Assembly (NCBI GenBank): GCA_964016885.1
Contig: OZ024742.1
Span: forward strand, 4,960,001 to 5,024,000
Direction of reading: 5' to 3'
Length of the DNA: 64,000 nucleotides
Origin: Eledone cirrhosa
Lineage: Eukaryota
Of the stretch, positions 1-14,102 are shown piece after piece. Below the pieces are notes generated by a model. That model worked only from the letters and a program-made list of their open reading frames with translations, was not told the origin of the DNA and made no database searches. Position 1 is the stretch's first letter, and every line of letters begins with the position of its first letter. The position numbers were made by a program, and so were the translations under genes.

Positions 1-17
1 TACGTACTAAAATTTTC

Positions 18-99
18 ACTCCAACTAATTAGTTTCTGTAAGGGGATAAATATAGTTACGTAATATAACTATAGAGAATTCCTTACGTCATCAGGGAGT
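18..99 (-). ncRNA. Type I hammerhead ribozyme (second copy at 554-635)
   Basis: Minus strand reads ACUCC-CUGAUGA-c-GUAAGG...CCUUAC-a-GAAAC-UAAUUA-GUU-GGAGU. Stem I is ACUCC/GGAGU, stem II is long and stem III (AACUAAUUAGUU) is palindromic. Confidence 0.8.
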
Positions 100-553
100 C
101 TATTCTCAGCTAAGTTCCCAGGCGATGCGCGGACACTAGGAACCCATATAAAAATAATAATTCAGTGGATGGAATAAAGCTAGCGGGGATTAGATTCCAA
201 AGCACTGAAAAAATTCACTGCCTCTGGTCAGTGGCAGATTCTAAAGAATCAATCACGTGACACTGAGGTTAATCAGTTAAAAGCGGGGTGGTATTATGAC
301 AAGAGCCTACTACTACCATGAATCAGTAGTAAATTTTGGCAAGTTTTGCTCAACAAATAATTTGGAGATAAATATAGAGAATTAGTACATCTACCAACAT
401 ATGTGTACCGATGTACACCCATGATAGCAAATATATATGTTATGTCTTAGTACCTTTGTGGTTCTATGCAGGGGGATGCAGAACAATTATATGAAAGACG
501 TAAAATAAGAAAATTTAAAAAAATTAAAAATCAACTTACTTACTAAAATTTTC

Positions 554-635
554 ACTCCAACTAATTAGTTTCTGTAAGGGGATAAATATAGTTACGTAAT
601 ATAACTATAGAGAATTCCTTACGTCATCAGGGAGT
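554..635 (-). ncRNA. Type I hammerhead ribozyme, copy 2
   Basis: Same motif as 18-99, 536 bp downstream. Confidence 0.8.
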
Positions 636-820
636 CTATTCTCAGCTAAGTTCCCAGGCGATGCCCGGACACTAGGAATCCATATAATGATGACGTAAGG
701 AATTCTCTATAGTTATATTACGTAACTATATTTATCCCCTTACAGAAACTAATTAGTTGGAGTGAAAATTTTAGTAAGTAAGTTGATTTTTTATTTTTTT
801 TTATTTTCTTATTTTACCTC

Positions 821-924
<104 letters not shown>

Positions 925-938
925 GGGGGGTGATAATA

Positions 939-2005
939 TCTGTATATATATAAAATTAAGTATGTCTGTGTGTGTGTCTGTGTGTCTGTGTATTACCTAT
1001 AGAGGCCTACATCTTACTACCGATTTCAATGAAACTTTACAGGCTAATAGATTAGTCATCGGGGAGCTTTTTCTATATATCAGCGTATCGTTCTTTTTAT
1101 TCCAAGGTTATTCTGCAGATATAAATCGATAGGGGTCACCTTTTTTTAGGTATCGAAAAATAAGATTTTTGGCTCTAGCTCCCACATTTTCCCACCGACT
1201 TCGTTCAAATTTTAAAGCAAAATACAATTTATCATTATACATCCTGTAATGGCTTTATATTTTGCATTTGTTGTTCAGGGACGGCGTGGCAGCCGCTTAA
1301 ATATTGAAAAATATAACTTTTAGACTCAAATTTCGGCTCTAGCTCCCACATTAATCAACCTACTTTGTTCAGATTTTACACTACGCTAGATATGATTATT
1401 TCACGTCTTAAAGTGGCTTTACATTTTGGATTCTTTGTTCATAAATATTCGAAAATACCGCCTTTTCGGCTCTAGCTCCCACATTTTTCAACTGATTTCG
1501 TTCAAATTCGAAACTTTGGCTCCACCTCACACATAAATCAATTTATTTGGTTCAACTTTTATACTACGATAGAACCTATCATTAGCTCCCACATTTTTCA
1601 ACCGATTTCGTTCAAATTCGAAACTTCGGCTCCACCTCACTCATAAATCAATTTATTTGGTTCAACTTTTATACTACGATAGAACCTATCATTGCACATC
1701 TTATAGAAGATCAAAGGCAAAACGATGGCCACTGACGTCGTCTGGTATTTGAGAATTCATCGGTTTCCAATCAAGTAGCGTGAGAAAATTTGGCTTAGTG
1801 TTAGAGGTCATTACTTCCCTCCCCCAGCATGCCCCTTCGTCAGATACCCGCGTTTCTCAGAGATAGAGGCCATCACCACCCTCCCCCGTATGGCCTGTGT
1901 GTGGCCATAGATGAGTCATCGAGAAGCAGTCGCTAAAGATCAACATCTTTTCATCAAAGCAGATATTATTTTACCTACCCAGGCAACGCTGAGTACTGAT
2001 GCTAG
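939..2005 (+). mobile_element. Non-autonomous Helitron-like element
   Basis: Begins A|TC-TGTATATATATAAAA and ends CTAG|T. A subterminal hairpin remnant CCCAGGCAACGCTGAG lies just upstream of the end. Internal repeats GGCTCTAGCTCCCACATT occur at ~1171, 1335, 1467 and 1583. Confidence 0.6.
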
Positions 2006-2417
2006 TTAAGATATATTTTCGAAATCCATACCTATTTATCATTCATAATGCTGCTGCTGACATTTACAGGGCTTTCCCATTATCATTTTATCCTTATCTC
2101 TTCTAAATTTCTAACTTCTCCACCGAGATTTCATTGCTGGAATCATGGAATTGGTTAAAAAAATAAAAGCAAGATAAGCATAACAGTTGGAATTTGCTAA
2201 GCAATTGGAAATGTTCGGATAATTTCTTTTAAATTTCGTTTAAACTTGGTTGTTCGTATTTTAGAAGATTAAATGTAATATGATCAGATACGCGGTGCAA
2301 TCTGACAAAGATTTGTTTTTTCCCATTTAAATAGATTATATACATGCGCGCGCGTGTGTGTGTGTGCTTCTGTATATAGAAACGGCATAACACGCGATTG
2401 TAACAACAATATATCTT

Positions 2418-2455
<38 letters not shown>

Positions 2456-2996
2456 AATATATATATATATTACAATACAATACAATACAATGGGAGGAAA
2501 CATAATAGTACCACTGATGATGTTGCAGATGTGCGACAAAAGAACTTTGATAGAGTATATATATATATATTTATATCTGTATTTTTAACCGATGGTCAAT
2601 CAATGATAAACATTGATTGCCAAATAAATTAGCTATGGAGATATAAAAGATACAGAAGCGAAAACCAACCCAAACCAAACAGTGAGTGTGTTCTGTTGTT
2701 ATTTCTGGCGACCCTCCCCAAGTATAATAATATCTAAATATGACTTTGACCTGTCCGCGCTGCCTTTTGTCTTTGCACACGACACCAGACAGAATTATTT
2801 CTTTCATCATTCACTCTCATCTGGGAATGGTTTTGTATGGCGTCAGTTTGTGATTTAAACTCGGGAATTTTATATTCTCCGAGCAAGAAGAGCCTTCTGA
2901 AAGATAGTTCCCTTCTCAATGAATATCCGCTTGGATTATCCGTTTATTTTGGAACTTGAAACCGCGGTAAAGGCACATATAGTGAGTACAACCATC

Positions 2997-3537
2997 TTTA
3001 AAAATTTATTTTAAAACTTTTTCTCTATTTGCGAGACCTGGATTTTATACATATATATATATATATATATATACAATATATTAACAAATGGAAACTATAT
3101 TTATAAAACCATATTTATTTCATTATACATATTTCAAGGGCCACCAAGGCAAACTATGGTGCGCTTTCATCAGATAAAATATAATATAGGTTAGTTTTAT
3201 AAATAAATATTGACATACCCTGAAAAAATGCAACCATTCTGGTTGGAATCTCTGGTTGGAATCTCCAGGAGATTCCAACTAGAATTGTTGCATTTTTTCA
3301 GGGTATGTCAATATTTATTTATAAAACTAACCTATATTATATTTTATCTGATGAAAGCGCAGCACCATAGTTTGCCTTGGTGGACCTTGAAATATCTATA
3401 ATGAAATAAATATGGTTTTATAAATATAGTTTCCATTTGTTAATATATTGTATATTTTACTCCAATAATTTGTTGAGTGCTTTATATCAGTATAAAAATA
3501 TTTTGCTTGTTGTATCCCACAAATTAATATATAAACT

Positions 3538-3618
<81 letters not shown>

Positions 3619-3670
3619 ATATAATCCAGGTCTAGCAAATAGAGAACAAGTTTTAAAATAAATTTTAAAA
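2997..3670. repeat. Inverted pair of PLE pseudo-LTR ends, each with a minimal HHR (3116-3181 minus; 3340-3408 plus)
   Basis: The arms are reverse complements and include flank beyond the (TA)n. Plus copy reads UAUUUUAU-CUGAUGA-stemII(CACCA/UGGUG)-GAAA-UAUCUAUA-AUGAAAUA. Confidence 0.75.
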
Positions 3671-3977
3671 AATTATATATCAGAGTAAACTCTTCGTCGG
3701 AAAGATAACAAACGTGTTAATTGTTTATGGTGACAATATGATTTGGAAGAATCGTCACAAAATTCCCTGAAAATTTTAGTTACAGCCCTTTACATTCGGA
3801 ATTTAAATCTTATTAATGTCCAAATTATTTTTTATTTTTCTAAAGTTGATAAAATATACCAGCAGTCAAGTACCGTTTTACCAGACGGAAAAAATGGCTG
3901 CACAATTATTATAATATTGGCATATATATATATATATATATATACATATAAAGAGAGAGAGAGAAGGGGGCATAATA

Positions 3978-4260
3978 TCAGTATATATATAAAATTAAGT
4001 GTGTGTGAGTCTGTGTGTCTGTGTATTACCTATAGAGGCCTACATCTTACGACCGATTTTCATGAAACTTTACAGGCTCATAGATTAGTCATCGGGGAGT
4101 GTTTTCTAGATATCAGCGTATCGTTTTTCTATTCCGGGGTCATTCTGCAGATATAAATCGATAGGGGGGGGCACCTTTTTTTAGGTATCGACAAATAAGA
4201 TTTTTGGCTCTAGCTCCCACATTTTGCCACCGATTTCGTTCAAATTTTAAAGCAAAATAC
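3978..4260 (+). mobile_element. Second, truncated copy of the Helitron-like 5' region
   Basis: Matches ~939-1226 and is interrupted at 4261 by PLE sequence. Confidence 0.6.
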
Positions 4261-4888
4261 ACATATGTTCGGAGACGTGCGTCAACCAAAACACAAAGTA
4301 CACATATACACACACCCTACATACGTACGAACCCGCATACTCACACCGACGCAAAACTCAAGTATACACATAACCAAAAGCATATGTACCAGAATATATA
4401 ATATATACGCCATAACGTATACAATCAAATATACGTACGAGAAAGTATACGTACCTTCACAAAACATACAGGTAATATATACTTACCTATACAAATAAGT
4501 AATGGTATAAACATAACATATACTTAGCTACCACATCAAGACGTAAAATATCCGCGTATAGTTTGTACTATCCGTTAGGGTATAATGTGGGACTGTAATA
4601 AAGGAAAGTTTTGTGCAAGGTTACGAGTCGTAGAGTAAGAAATTTTAATAGTATTTCTATTAAAAATTTTACTATGTTTATGTGTAGGCGGAAAATGCTT
4701 CATAATAAGGGAGAGAAAGGTCTTAGCTAATGGTGTGGCCACCTCCATATTATATGGTGGGTTATAGCATATAATGCGTCGGGATCTATTTCTTCTAGGT
4801 CTATTCTCGTACTCTCTATATGCTACCTTATCGACAAATCCACTCAGAGCAAGGCTCTCCCTTATTATGAATAAGGCTCTCCCTTATT

Positions 4889-5494
4889 ATGAAGCATTTT
4901 CCCCCTACACATAAACATAGTAAAAATTTTAATAGAAATACTATTAAAATGTCTTACGCTACGACTCCTAACCTTGTACATAACATCACAGCTTCAAATT
5001 TAGCTAAACTACCTAGCCGTAGGAACACGTGCAAACCTGTAGTTAGTACTAACTGTAATTGTAGAAATCAGGTTGACTGCCCCCTATCCGGGAAATGCCT
5101 CTCTAGTAATATTGTCTACAAATGTAAGGTTGAAACACCCACGTCCCGTAGGGCCTACATAGGGTTAACCTCCAATAGATTCAAGCAGCGTCTTTACAAG
5201 CATACCCATTCTTTTCGTTACCCTTTAAGAAGGAATATGACGTCACTTTCAGATTATATCTGGAGCCTAAAAGACAACCACATCCAATATAAGTTACACT
5301 GGGAGATCCTAGCTAGGGCTAGATCGTATAACGGAAATAAAAGACCATGTGACCACTGCGCCGCTGAGACCCTGGAAATACTCTACGCCAAAGACCACAT
5401 CTTAAACAAAAAATCTGAGACAATTTCGGCTTGTAAACATAAATTGCACAAAACTTTCCTGTATTACAGCCCCACATTATACCCTAACAGATAG
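4889..5494 (+). pseudogene. PLE C-terminal GIY-YIG endonuclease fragment
   Basis: CNCR..CPLSGKC, IVYKC...YIGLT..FKQR..H, C..C..E motifs. Confidence 0.85.
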
Positions 5495-5880
5495 TACGAA
5501 CTATACGCGGATATTTTACGTCTTGATGTGGTAGTTAAGTATATGTTATGTTTATACCATTACTTATTTGTATAGGTAAGTATATATTACCTGTATGTTT
5601 TGTGAAGGTACGTATACTTTCTCGCACATATATTTGATTGTATATGTTATGGTGTATATATTATATATTCTGGTAGATATGCTTTTGGTTATGTGTATAC
5701 TTGAGTTTTGCGTCTGTGTGAGTATGCGGGTTCGTACGTGTGTAGGGTGTGTGTATATGTGTATTTTGTGTTTTGGTTGACGTAAGTCTCCGAACATATG
5801 TGTAATTACATGTAGATATGTGTGTGCGCTTGTTGTATACGTATTTATTTATTTATGTACGTTTATTTAATTATATGTAT

Positions 5881-5922
<42 letters not shown>

Positions 5923-6542
5923 TTTTTTATATATATATATATATATTTTATGTGTAGTTGGTCTATACATTCGTATGCGTGTGGGTACAGGCGTTGTGTG
6001 GGTTCTGTATGTACGTGCGGGGTTTTTTGGGGGGGGGTTTGTACGTGCGTGTATTTGTATACATATGGCGAGTGTTTTCGCTTATGCTTGAGTATGTACG
6101 TATATGGATGCGTGTATGTATTTATTTTATTTCAATTACCTCTGTATTTTATTTACTTTATTCTTAACTCTGAAACCGAGAATCATTCGGATTCCTAGTT
6201 AGAAGTTTAGTCTACAACTTCAGTTATACCATTTACGTGGTTTTGTCTTTGCGTGCAATTGTTCTCCACGCTCCACATATGACGTATTATCTTCGTTTTT
6301 CTGTTCAATGCCAGAGAACGTCTCTATATACCACCTAATAGAATATTAGTCTACGATTTCTTTCATACCATAAACGTTGTTTTGTCTTTGCGTGTAATTG
6401 TTTTTCACCGCTCCAAATAATGACGTATTATATTCGTTTTTTTTTTTCGTTCTTTGCCAGGGAACGTTTCCACGAACCAAAGTATCGTCTTCCTGTCTTC
6501 CTCTGGTTGCAACGTATTTTGAAATATTCACTTCTGCGTTCA

Positions 6543-6615
6543 CAGATTGACTTTGTTAGTTTCAGAAGATCCCGTTAAGGGTGAAAGCAGCGATTCTTTG
6601 CTTAAACTTTAATCT
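6543..6615 (+). ncRNA. HHR-like motif with variant core CAGAAGA; other copies at 6946-7019(-), 7798-7855(+), 13608-13681(-), 28324-28397(-), 28766-28839(+)
   Basis: GUUU-CAGAAGA-uCCCguuaaGGGu-GAAAGCA...UGCUU-AAAC, plus distal stem I pairing CAGAUU/AAUCUG. Confidence 0.6.
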
Positions 6616-6647
6616 ATTATTTTAATAAATATATATATATATATATA

Positions 6648-6786
6648 ACGAAGGAAATGTGGTAAGGAACCAGGTGGACCATAACGCACCAAAGTACTCA
6701 ATACTTAGGGTAGTAGAGTGGGTAATAAGTAAGACAGAATTAGCCGTCGAAACGGCTTGAGCTCAGCCGTCGGGGTCTTACTTGTT

Positions 6787-6791
<5 letters not shown>
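6648..6791. repeat. Head-to-head truncated 3' ends of a second PLE family; similar at 11597-11680, 19286-19490, 20088-20322, 20399-20612
   Basis: Shared GCCGTCGAAACGGCTTGAGCTCAGCCGTCGGGGT...GGTGCGTTATGGTCCACCTGG motif, flanked by (TA)n. It matches the 3' end of the PLE at 33765-33903. Confidence 0.75.
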
Positions 6792-6825
<34 letters not shown>

Positions 6826-6849
6826 ATAATAATAATAATAATAGTAATA

Positions 6850-7863
6850 ATAATAAATTTGAAGACTAAAATCCAAAGAGGGTTCGAAAAGGATAAATAT
6901 ATATCAAATATATAAGAACAGTAGAGTAAATATTTATTAAAATAACAGATTAAATTTTAAGCAAAGAATCGCTGCTTCCACCCTTAACGGGATCTTCTGA
7001 AACTAACAAAGTCAATCTGTGAACGCAGAAGTGAATATTTTCAAAAAACGTTGCAACCGGAGGAAGACAGGAAGACGATACTTTGGTTCGTGGAAACGTT
7101 CCCTGACAAATAACGGGAAAAAACGAATAAAATACGTCATTATAGGAGCAGTATCGGTAGAGGGTCGGACGCCATGCATTTGCAGCATAGTTACGTCCCT
7201 TTACGATCTGAGTTCAAATCCCGCCGAGGTTGACTTTGCCTGTCATCCTTACGGGGTCAATAAAATAAAGTACCAGTAATGCACTGGGTAATTGCTGGCC
7301 TTGTGCCTAAAGTAGAAACAATTATTTGGAGCAGTGAAAAACAATTACACGCAAAGACAAAACCGCGTTTATGGTATAAAAGAAGTCGTAGACTAATATT
7401 CCATTAGGTGGTTCATAGAGACGTTCTCTGGCAATGAACGGAAAAAACGAAGATAATATGTCATATGTGGAGTGAGTAGAATAATTGCACGCAAAGACAA
7501 AACCACGTAAATGGTATAACTGAAGTCGTAGACTAAAATTCTAACTAGGAAACCGAATGATTCTCGGCTTCAGAGTTAAGAATAAAGTAAATAAAATACA
7601 GAGGTAATTGAAATTAAATAATACATACATGCATCCATATACGTACATACACAAGCATACGCGAAAACTCTCGCCGTAGGTATACAAATACACGCACGTA
7701 CACGAAAAAAAAAAAAAAAAAAAAACGCATGCAGATACAGAACCCACGCAACGCCTATACCCGCACGCATACTAATGTATACACAAATTGACTGTTAGTT
7801 TCAGAAGATCCTGTTAAGGGTGAAAGCAGCCATTCTTTGCTTAAACTTTAATCTGTTGTTTTA

Positions 7864-7864
<1 letters not shown>
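6850..7864 (-). mobile_element. Inverted 3' portion of the 4261-6631 PLE family, interrupted by a SINE and capped by a short opposite-strand HHR end
   Basis: Reverse complement of ~5965-6631. SINE at ~7147-7323. 7788-7864 is a plus-strand terminal piece. Confidence 0.75.
7147..7323 (+). mobile_element. tRNA-derived SINE; related pieces at 18355-18446, 30877-31092, 34241-34458, 48474-48670, 50653-50746, 51060-51272, 57408-57501
   Basis: B-box-like GTTCAAATCC and shared body GTTGACTTTGCCT(T/G)TCATCCTTACGGGGTC-AATAAAATAAAGTACCAGT...GGCCTTGTGCCTAAA. Confidence 0.7.
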
Positions 7865-7949
<85 letters not shown>

Positions 7950-8209
7950 CTCTGTGTGTATGTATATACATATATATATATATATGTGTGTATGTGTGTG
8001 CGTACACACATATACACGCAGATATCTATATTAGTCAGATCGAAGTTATTTGTCATAGCATCTAACATTCAGACAGCTGGAGCAGACAACAAATTCATAT
8101 GTTTATTGTAATAGAATACTAACGCCACCTACATATTTGTCTGTGATGTGCGTCTCGCTTATTAACATATGTATGTGAATTATATATTTGTGTGTGTGTA
8201 TGTATATAT

Positions 8210-8328
<119 letters not shown>

Positions 8329-8419
8329 GAGTTTATGTTGGTTGTATACCAACACTTCAGTATGCAGGCTGGAGCACTCGACGAAGTGCGCAGGTTGGTT
8401 TGGTTACTCCGGAGTAGTG

Positions 8420-8857
<438 letters not shown>

Positions 8858-9089
8858 CATATATATATGTGTGTGTGCGTGTGTGTATGTGTGTTTATGT
8901 GTGTATTAAAAAGGTATTCTACAAGAGTAGAACTGTTTCATTCGTAAGAAATCATATATATAGATGGGCCTGTAAAAACGCTATAGAGTAATGAAAACAA
9001 AACACGCACAGAAAACCTATTTTATTGATTATACAAGCTTATGAATAATAAACATATTAATTCCTCAAATGTTCTAAATTCTTTTCCCC

Positions 9090-9440
9090 CGGCATTCACA
9101 CACTTCACTAGTCGAGTGTGGACATCCATACACTCTCTGGCACGGAGCTCTATCAAACATAAATTTCCTGGCAAGCTTGTGTAAATGATATGTAGAACGA
9201 CACCATTGTAGGATATCCCACACTGTCACCCCAGGTTAATTGAACTGTTGATCAATCATGACTCTAGGATTTTTAGTTGCGTAGTACTCACAATTATGCC
9301 GATTAGCGGCACCCTATAGCTTAAACTTTGCTTCATCAGACCACATGATTTGGTGCAGAATGACGTCACTCTCTCGATCCGCGTTCAGGATGGTTTCGCA
9401 ACAGTGTAAACGCCGATCTTCGTCATACACAAACCAAACT
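9090..9440 (-). pseudogene. Degenerate Tc1/mariner-superfamily transposase fragment
   Basis: Minus strand translates IMWSDEAKFKL*GAANRHNCEYYATKNP, matching the WSDEA.F.L.G..NRHN motif. Confidence 0.6.
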
Positions 9441-9741
9441 ATGTATTGTGGTGGAGGGGTTGTATTTTATATTTCCATTGTTCTTCTTTTCCCAGTTGTT
9501 ATTTCTACTATTGTTATTGTTGTTTTTGCAGTTGTTGTTGTTGTCGTCATGATTATTTGTTTTCTTGTTTCTGTGACACTTCATTTTTACCCAATCCATT
9601 CCAGATAACGAACGAAGAAATTAACGAGTAAAATTAATTAAAACCTCTGATTTGCTTTCGTTTATCGCTCCTCGCCTTATTAATTAGTGAAAAGCCTCTA
9701 TGCGGCTAATTGATTCATCCTACATCTCATCTCTCACCCTC

Positions 9742-9818
<77 letters not shown>

Positions 9819-9837
9819 TCTTTCTCTTTCTCTCGCG

Positions 9838-9906
<69 letters not shown>

Positions 9907-10244
9907 AACATATATAAATATATATAGACACACACACATATATATATATATACATATATATTATACATATATATATAGGTGTGTGTATGTATATATATAT
10001 ATATATATACTTGTGTACACATCTTTCTCTTTTTCTATCTCCTCTATGTCTTTCTCCCTTTCTCTCACCCTCTCATTCATACTTTCCCATTCTATTTTCC
10101 CCCTCTCTCTCTCCCCTCTCCCCTCTCCCCACTCCTCTCTACCAATGTATCATAGAAACTAGTTTACTGAAAATAAATAGAAATTATTTACAATGTTTTC
10201 ATCTCATGTTGCACCTGCTGTTTTAAATGTTGCGCTTACTCTTA

Positions 10245-10315
10245 TTGCTGATGCTGCTGCTGTTGCTGTTGTTGTTGTTGTTCTTGTTGTTGTTGCTGTT
10301 GTTGTTGTTCCTGTT

Positions 10316-10355
<40 letters not shown>

Positions 10356-10400
10356 TTGATGTTGTCTTTATTACTGCTATTGTTCTTGCTATTGCTGCCT
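10245..10400. repeat. (GTT)n microsatellite
   Basis: Seen directly. Confidence 0.9.
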
Positions 10401-10823
10401 TTAAATAGTCTCATGTTAAAACTAATTGAACGGATCTATGTTTCCATGATGTAAATAAAAGAGTAACCTTCGCTGAAGACGGATAAAAATACAGAAACAG
10501 TACTTTTAGTGTGCTCTCTCTTTGTTTCTAAGTGTATCAGTATGATCATACCTCATTAAAAATTCATTATTATAAATAACAATCCCCTATATGCTTCAAT
10601 ATACAACACTTCTTACGTCTAACGCTATGTCATTGCTCCCCATTGCCACAGACCTGGTGACCAACCGGTTTCTTAGCTTTATATTGGTTACCAACAGGAC
10701 GTAGACGGCGCAGAAGAGCAGCAATTTTCAGAGAGGACTATGATGGGGGAACAAAGACAGTTGGAAATAGAGATTTAGAAATGTTATAGTTTTGTCTGCG
10801 GACGACTGATGATGATCATTGAG

Positions 10824-10861
<38 letters not shown>

Positions 10862-11689
10862 GAGAGAGAGAGAGAGGGGGGGGGGGAGAGAGAGAAATTG
10901 AAAATAGCATGGCGAATATATTTTAGGGTCTGTTTTTCTTTGTTCTCTTTTTCCTTGATTCGTCAAAGTGACATTATTGGAAAAATGAGAGGGACAATCT
11001 GTTAAAAAAGAGTTTTATAAAGTATATAAAGTATATAAAGTATATAATGTATATAAAGTATTACCGGTTTTGATGTATTAGTCAAATTCAGCTGATCAAA
11101 TGTTGAGTATTACAATTAAAAAGAATTAATAAGAATTAAAAACTAAAAATTAAAGATTTAAAACTAAGTGTTGAGGTAAGTTTTTTCATCTTCCTTGTTG
11201 AGAAGGAGACTGAAAAATGAAATCTTGTGTATAGATAGTGAGGTGTGTAGACATGATAGTAGGAACAGTGTTGGTAGTTGTGTTTCTTCACATAGAATAA
11301 AATTGTTTTTAGGGACAAAGGAAATATTCTTTAAATATGCGTGTGTATCTCAACTATGTTAATGGACTGGTCAAGAGTTCAGATGTGCGAAGGGTGGAGG
11401 GGGTTGGAGTTGTAAGCTCGAGATAAATTCTATGATTGGCAACAGTAGGGTTGTAAAAGAAATTCTATTTTTGGAATATGGTTTTAGAGAGTGTGTACGT
11501 GTGAGAGTGTATATATCAAAAAATTCATATATAAAAAAATACATACATATGTGAAGGAGGGTGTGTGTGTGTGTGCGTGTGTGTATATATATATAACAAC
11601 AAAGAAGGTGTGGTAAGGAACCAGGTGGACCATAACGCACCAGAGTGCTCGATACTTAGGGTAGTAGAGTGGGTAATAGTAAAAGAGTC

Positions 11690-12540
11690 ATGAACACAAA
11701 AACTGGAAAAATCTAATTTACTGCATTAAATGCCCGAATTGTGAAGAATTATATGTCGGTCAAACTGGAAATGCATTATCGGAAAGTGCACGGGTGCACC
11801 GACAGCAAATCAGAGACCCAAATGTCCGTCAGATACCCCTGAGTAACCATCTAGCAACATGTGGTCAGAAAATATTTATAATATTTCCATTCTACAAATT
11901 ACACAGCCCAAGTGAAATCAAAAGAAAAATTAAAGAAAAGAATTTTATTGATAAATTCCAACCCAAGCTAAATGAACAATACTAATGCTTAGGGGTATTA
12001 CTCATACTACGACTACGCCTACGACAATGTCGACTACCACCACTAACAACAACAACAACAATAATAATAATAAAAGTGATGTTGGTGGTGATGATTACTG
12101 AAGATTTTTTATAAAAACCCTAGAAAATGCTATTTTCATCATTTCTAAAAATAGCAAAACAATTGATGCTTTGGATAGGGTCAAATAGAAGTCGTTATAT
12201 ATGCTCAACCAACCGTGATGCCTAAACCAATCAGCTTTAGTAATCTAGTGAAAATACAAACCGATTGGTCGAAATACAGTTTGCAAAACTTAGCATTCTG
12301 TAGCCCCTTTTCACTGTATATAAGGCACAGAATTTACCCATCTCATTACAGTTGAAAATTGCAAACTTGACTGTCACGACTGAATATGAACCTGAAGATT
12401 GCGAAAACATGAAAGTACTTGTTCAATTAACACTTAACATTTAATATTCTACCATACTATTTCATTATAATATCATTATAATTTTAAAGGATTGTAAATA
12501 AAACGAGTAAATCAGACAAAGTTGGAATTCCTTTTATTAA
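11690..12540 (+). mobile_element. 5'-truncated PLE (GIY-YIG fragment 11690-11985) with a 3' HHR
   Basis: LIYCIKCPNCEELYVGQTG...RVHRQQIRDP...KFQPKLN. HHR at 12387-12425, then (TA)n. Confidence 0.8.
12387..12425 (+). ncRNA. Minimal type I HHR
   Basis: UGAAC-CUGAAGA-uUGcgaaaaCAu-GAAAG-UA-CUU-GUUCA, with palindromic stem III AAGUACUU. Confidence 0.75.
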
Positions 12541-12810
12541 TATATATATATATCTATATATATATATTGCATTTACAGCTTTCCAGTTTTTATATTTGAA
12601 AACGAATTTCTTTACATGGCAATTGTTCACTTTGCTATGGTATGGTATCGAAACTGGGACCTAATGATTGCGAAACGAACCTCTTTACCTTTCCATGCTC
12701 CACCCACTTTGTGTGAATGTGTCTGTCAAACTATTAAATTCATCTTCTTCTTTCTCATAATCTCTCCTTCTCTCAACCTTTCTCATTCTCTCCCTCTCTC
12801 TCTATCTATC

Positions 12811-12869
<59 letters not shown>

Positions 12870-13502
12870 CTTTCTGTCTCTCCCTCTCTTTCCCTTCCCC
12901 ATCATCCCTCGCTTTTACCTTTCTCACTCCTACTCTCTCTCCCGCACTCTCTCCATCGATCACACTCTCCTTTTCTCCATCTCCTACTTTCTCCCCCTCA
13001 CCCTTCCTCTCTCGCCCTCTCTCCCTCTATCCCATTCTCATTCTCTCTCTACTTCTCTTTCTCTCTTACTCCTATTTTCTCTCCCTCTCGCTCTCAACCA
13101 CACTCTCTCTGTCTCTCCATCTCTACGAAATAACGTTTGAATGTGATAAATACTTGCTTTTCATTTGGTGATCATCCATTAAGGAGGAATTCAGTAAAGC
13201 ACCTTCAAATATTCATTTATTCGCCTATTCTACAATTCCGATAATACAATAATCCAATATCTATTGAATCTGTTTTTGCCTACTAAGCCTTTGCACGTCC
13301 CTTGTCAGGCTTGTTTGATATATTAAATCACACAACATGTATGTGTAGATGTCTTAACTAAAACTAGCTTCTCGTTGACATTAGCGTCGTCAAATGTTCA
13401 TAATTCTCTTTTTATGATTGTTTTTCAGTGGCTTTCGGCTATATCAAAATCCTTGTCATTTTATTTTGTTTTAAGGAAAGGAACATTTTCCGAATATATA
13501 CC

Positions 13503-13558
<56 letters not shown>

Positions 13559-14007
13559 GGAAAATGAAATGACTAGGATTTATATATATATATATATATT
13601 AAAATAACAGATTAAAGTTTAAGCAAAGAATCGCTGCTTTCACCCTTAACGGGATCTTCTGAAACTAACAAAGTCAATCTGTAAACGCAGAAGTGAATAT
13701 TTCAAAAAACGTTGCAACCGGAGGAAGACAGGAAGACGATACTTTGGTTCGTGGAAACGTTCCCTTCACAAAACATACAGGTAATATATACTTACCTATG
13801 CAAATAAGTAATGGTATAAACATAACATATACTTAGCTACCACATCAAGACGTAAAATATCCGCGTATAGATCGTACTATCCGTTAGGGTATAATGTGGG
13901 GCTGTAATACAGGAAATATTTTCTCTACGGTTCTTATATATTTGATATATATTTATCCTTATCGAGCCCTCTTTGGATATTAGTCTTCAAATTTATTATT
14001 ATTACTA

Positions 14008-14102
<95 letters not shown>

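Larger units (their letters stand above)
4261..6631 (+). mobile_element. 5'-truncated Penelope-like element with an inverted 5' segment
   Basis: Contains a GIY-YIG ORF. 4261-~4620 is an inverted copy of ~5435-5800. 4630-4835 encodes the upstream ORF part (RRIICYNPPYN) on the minus strand. The 3' end has an HHR-like motif followed by (TA)n. Confidence 0.85.

Noticed and set aside
2640-2990. Unique-looking segment with GTGAGT donor-like site
   Set aside because: No recognisable coding content, so an exon cannot be supported without transcript data.
6660-6730. Twister-like CCA-TAAC-GCA...CTCAA...AGAG-TGG
   Set aside because: P2 is mismatched, the T2 GC pairs are absent, and it is antisense to the element.
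10465-10512. CTGAAGA...GAAAC HHR-like motif
   Set aside because: Stems I and II and the cleavage triplet pair poorly. Probably a decayed HHR, not called.
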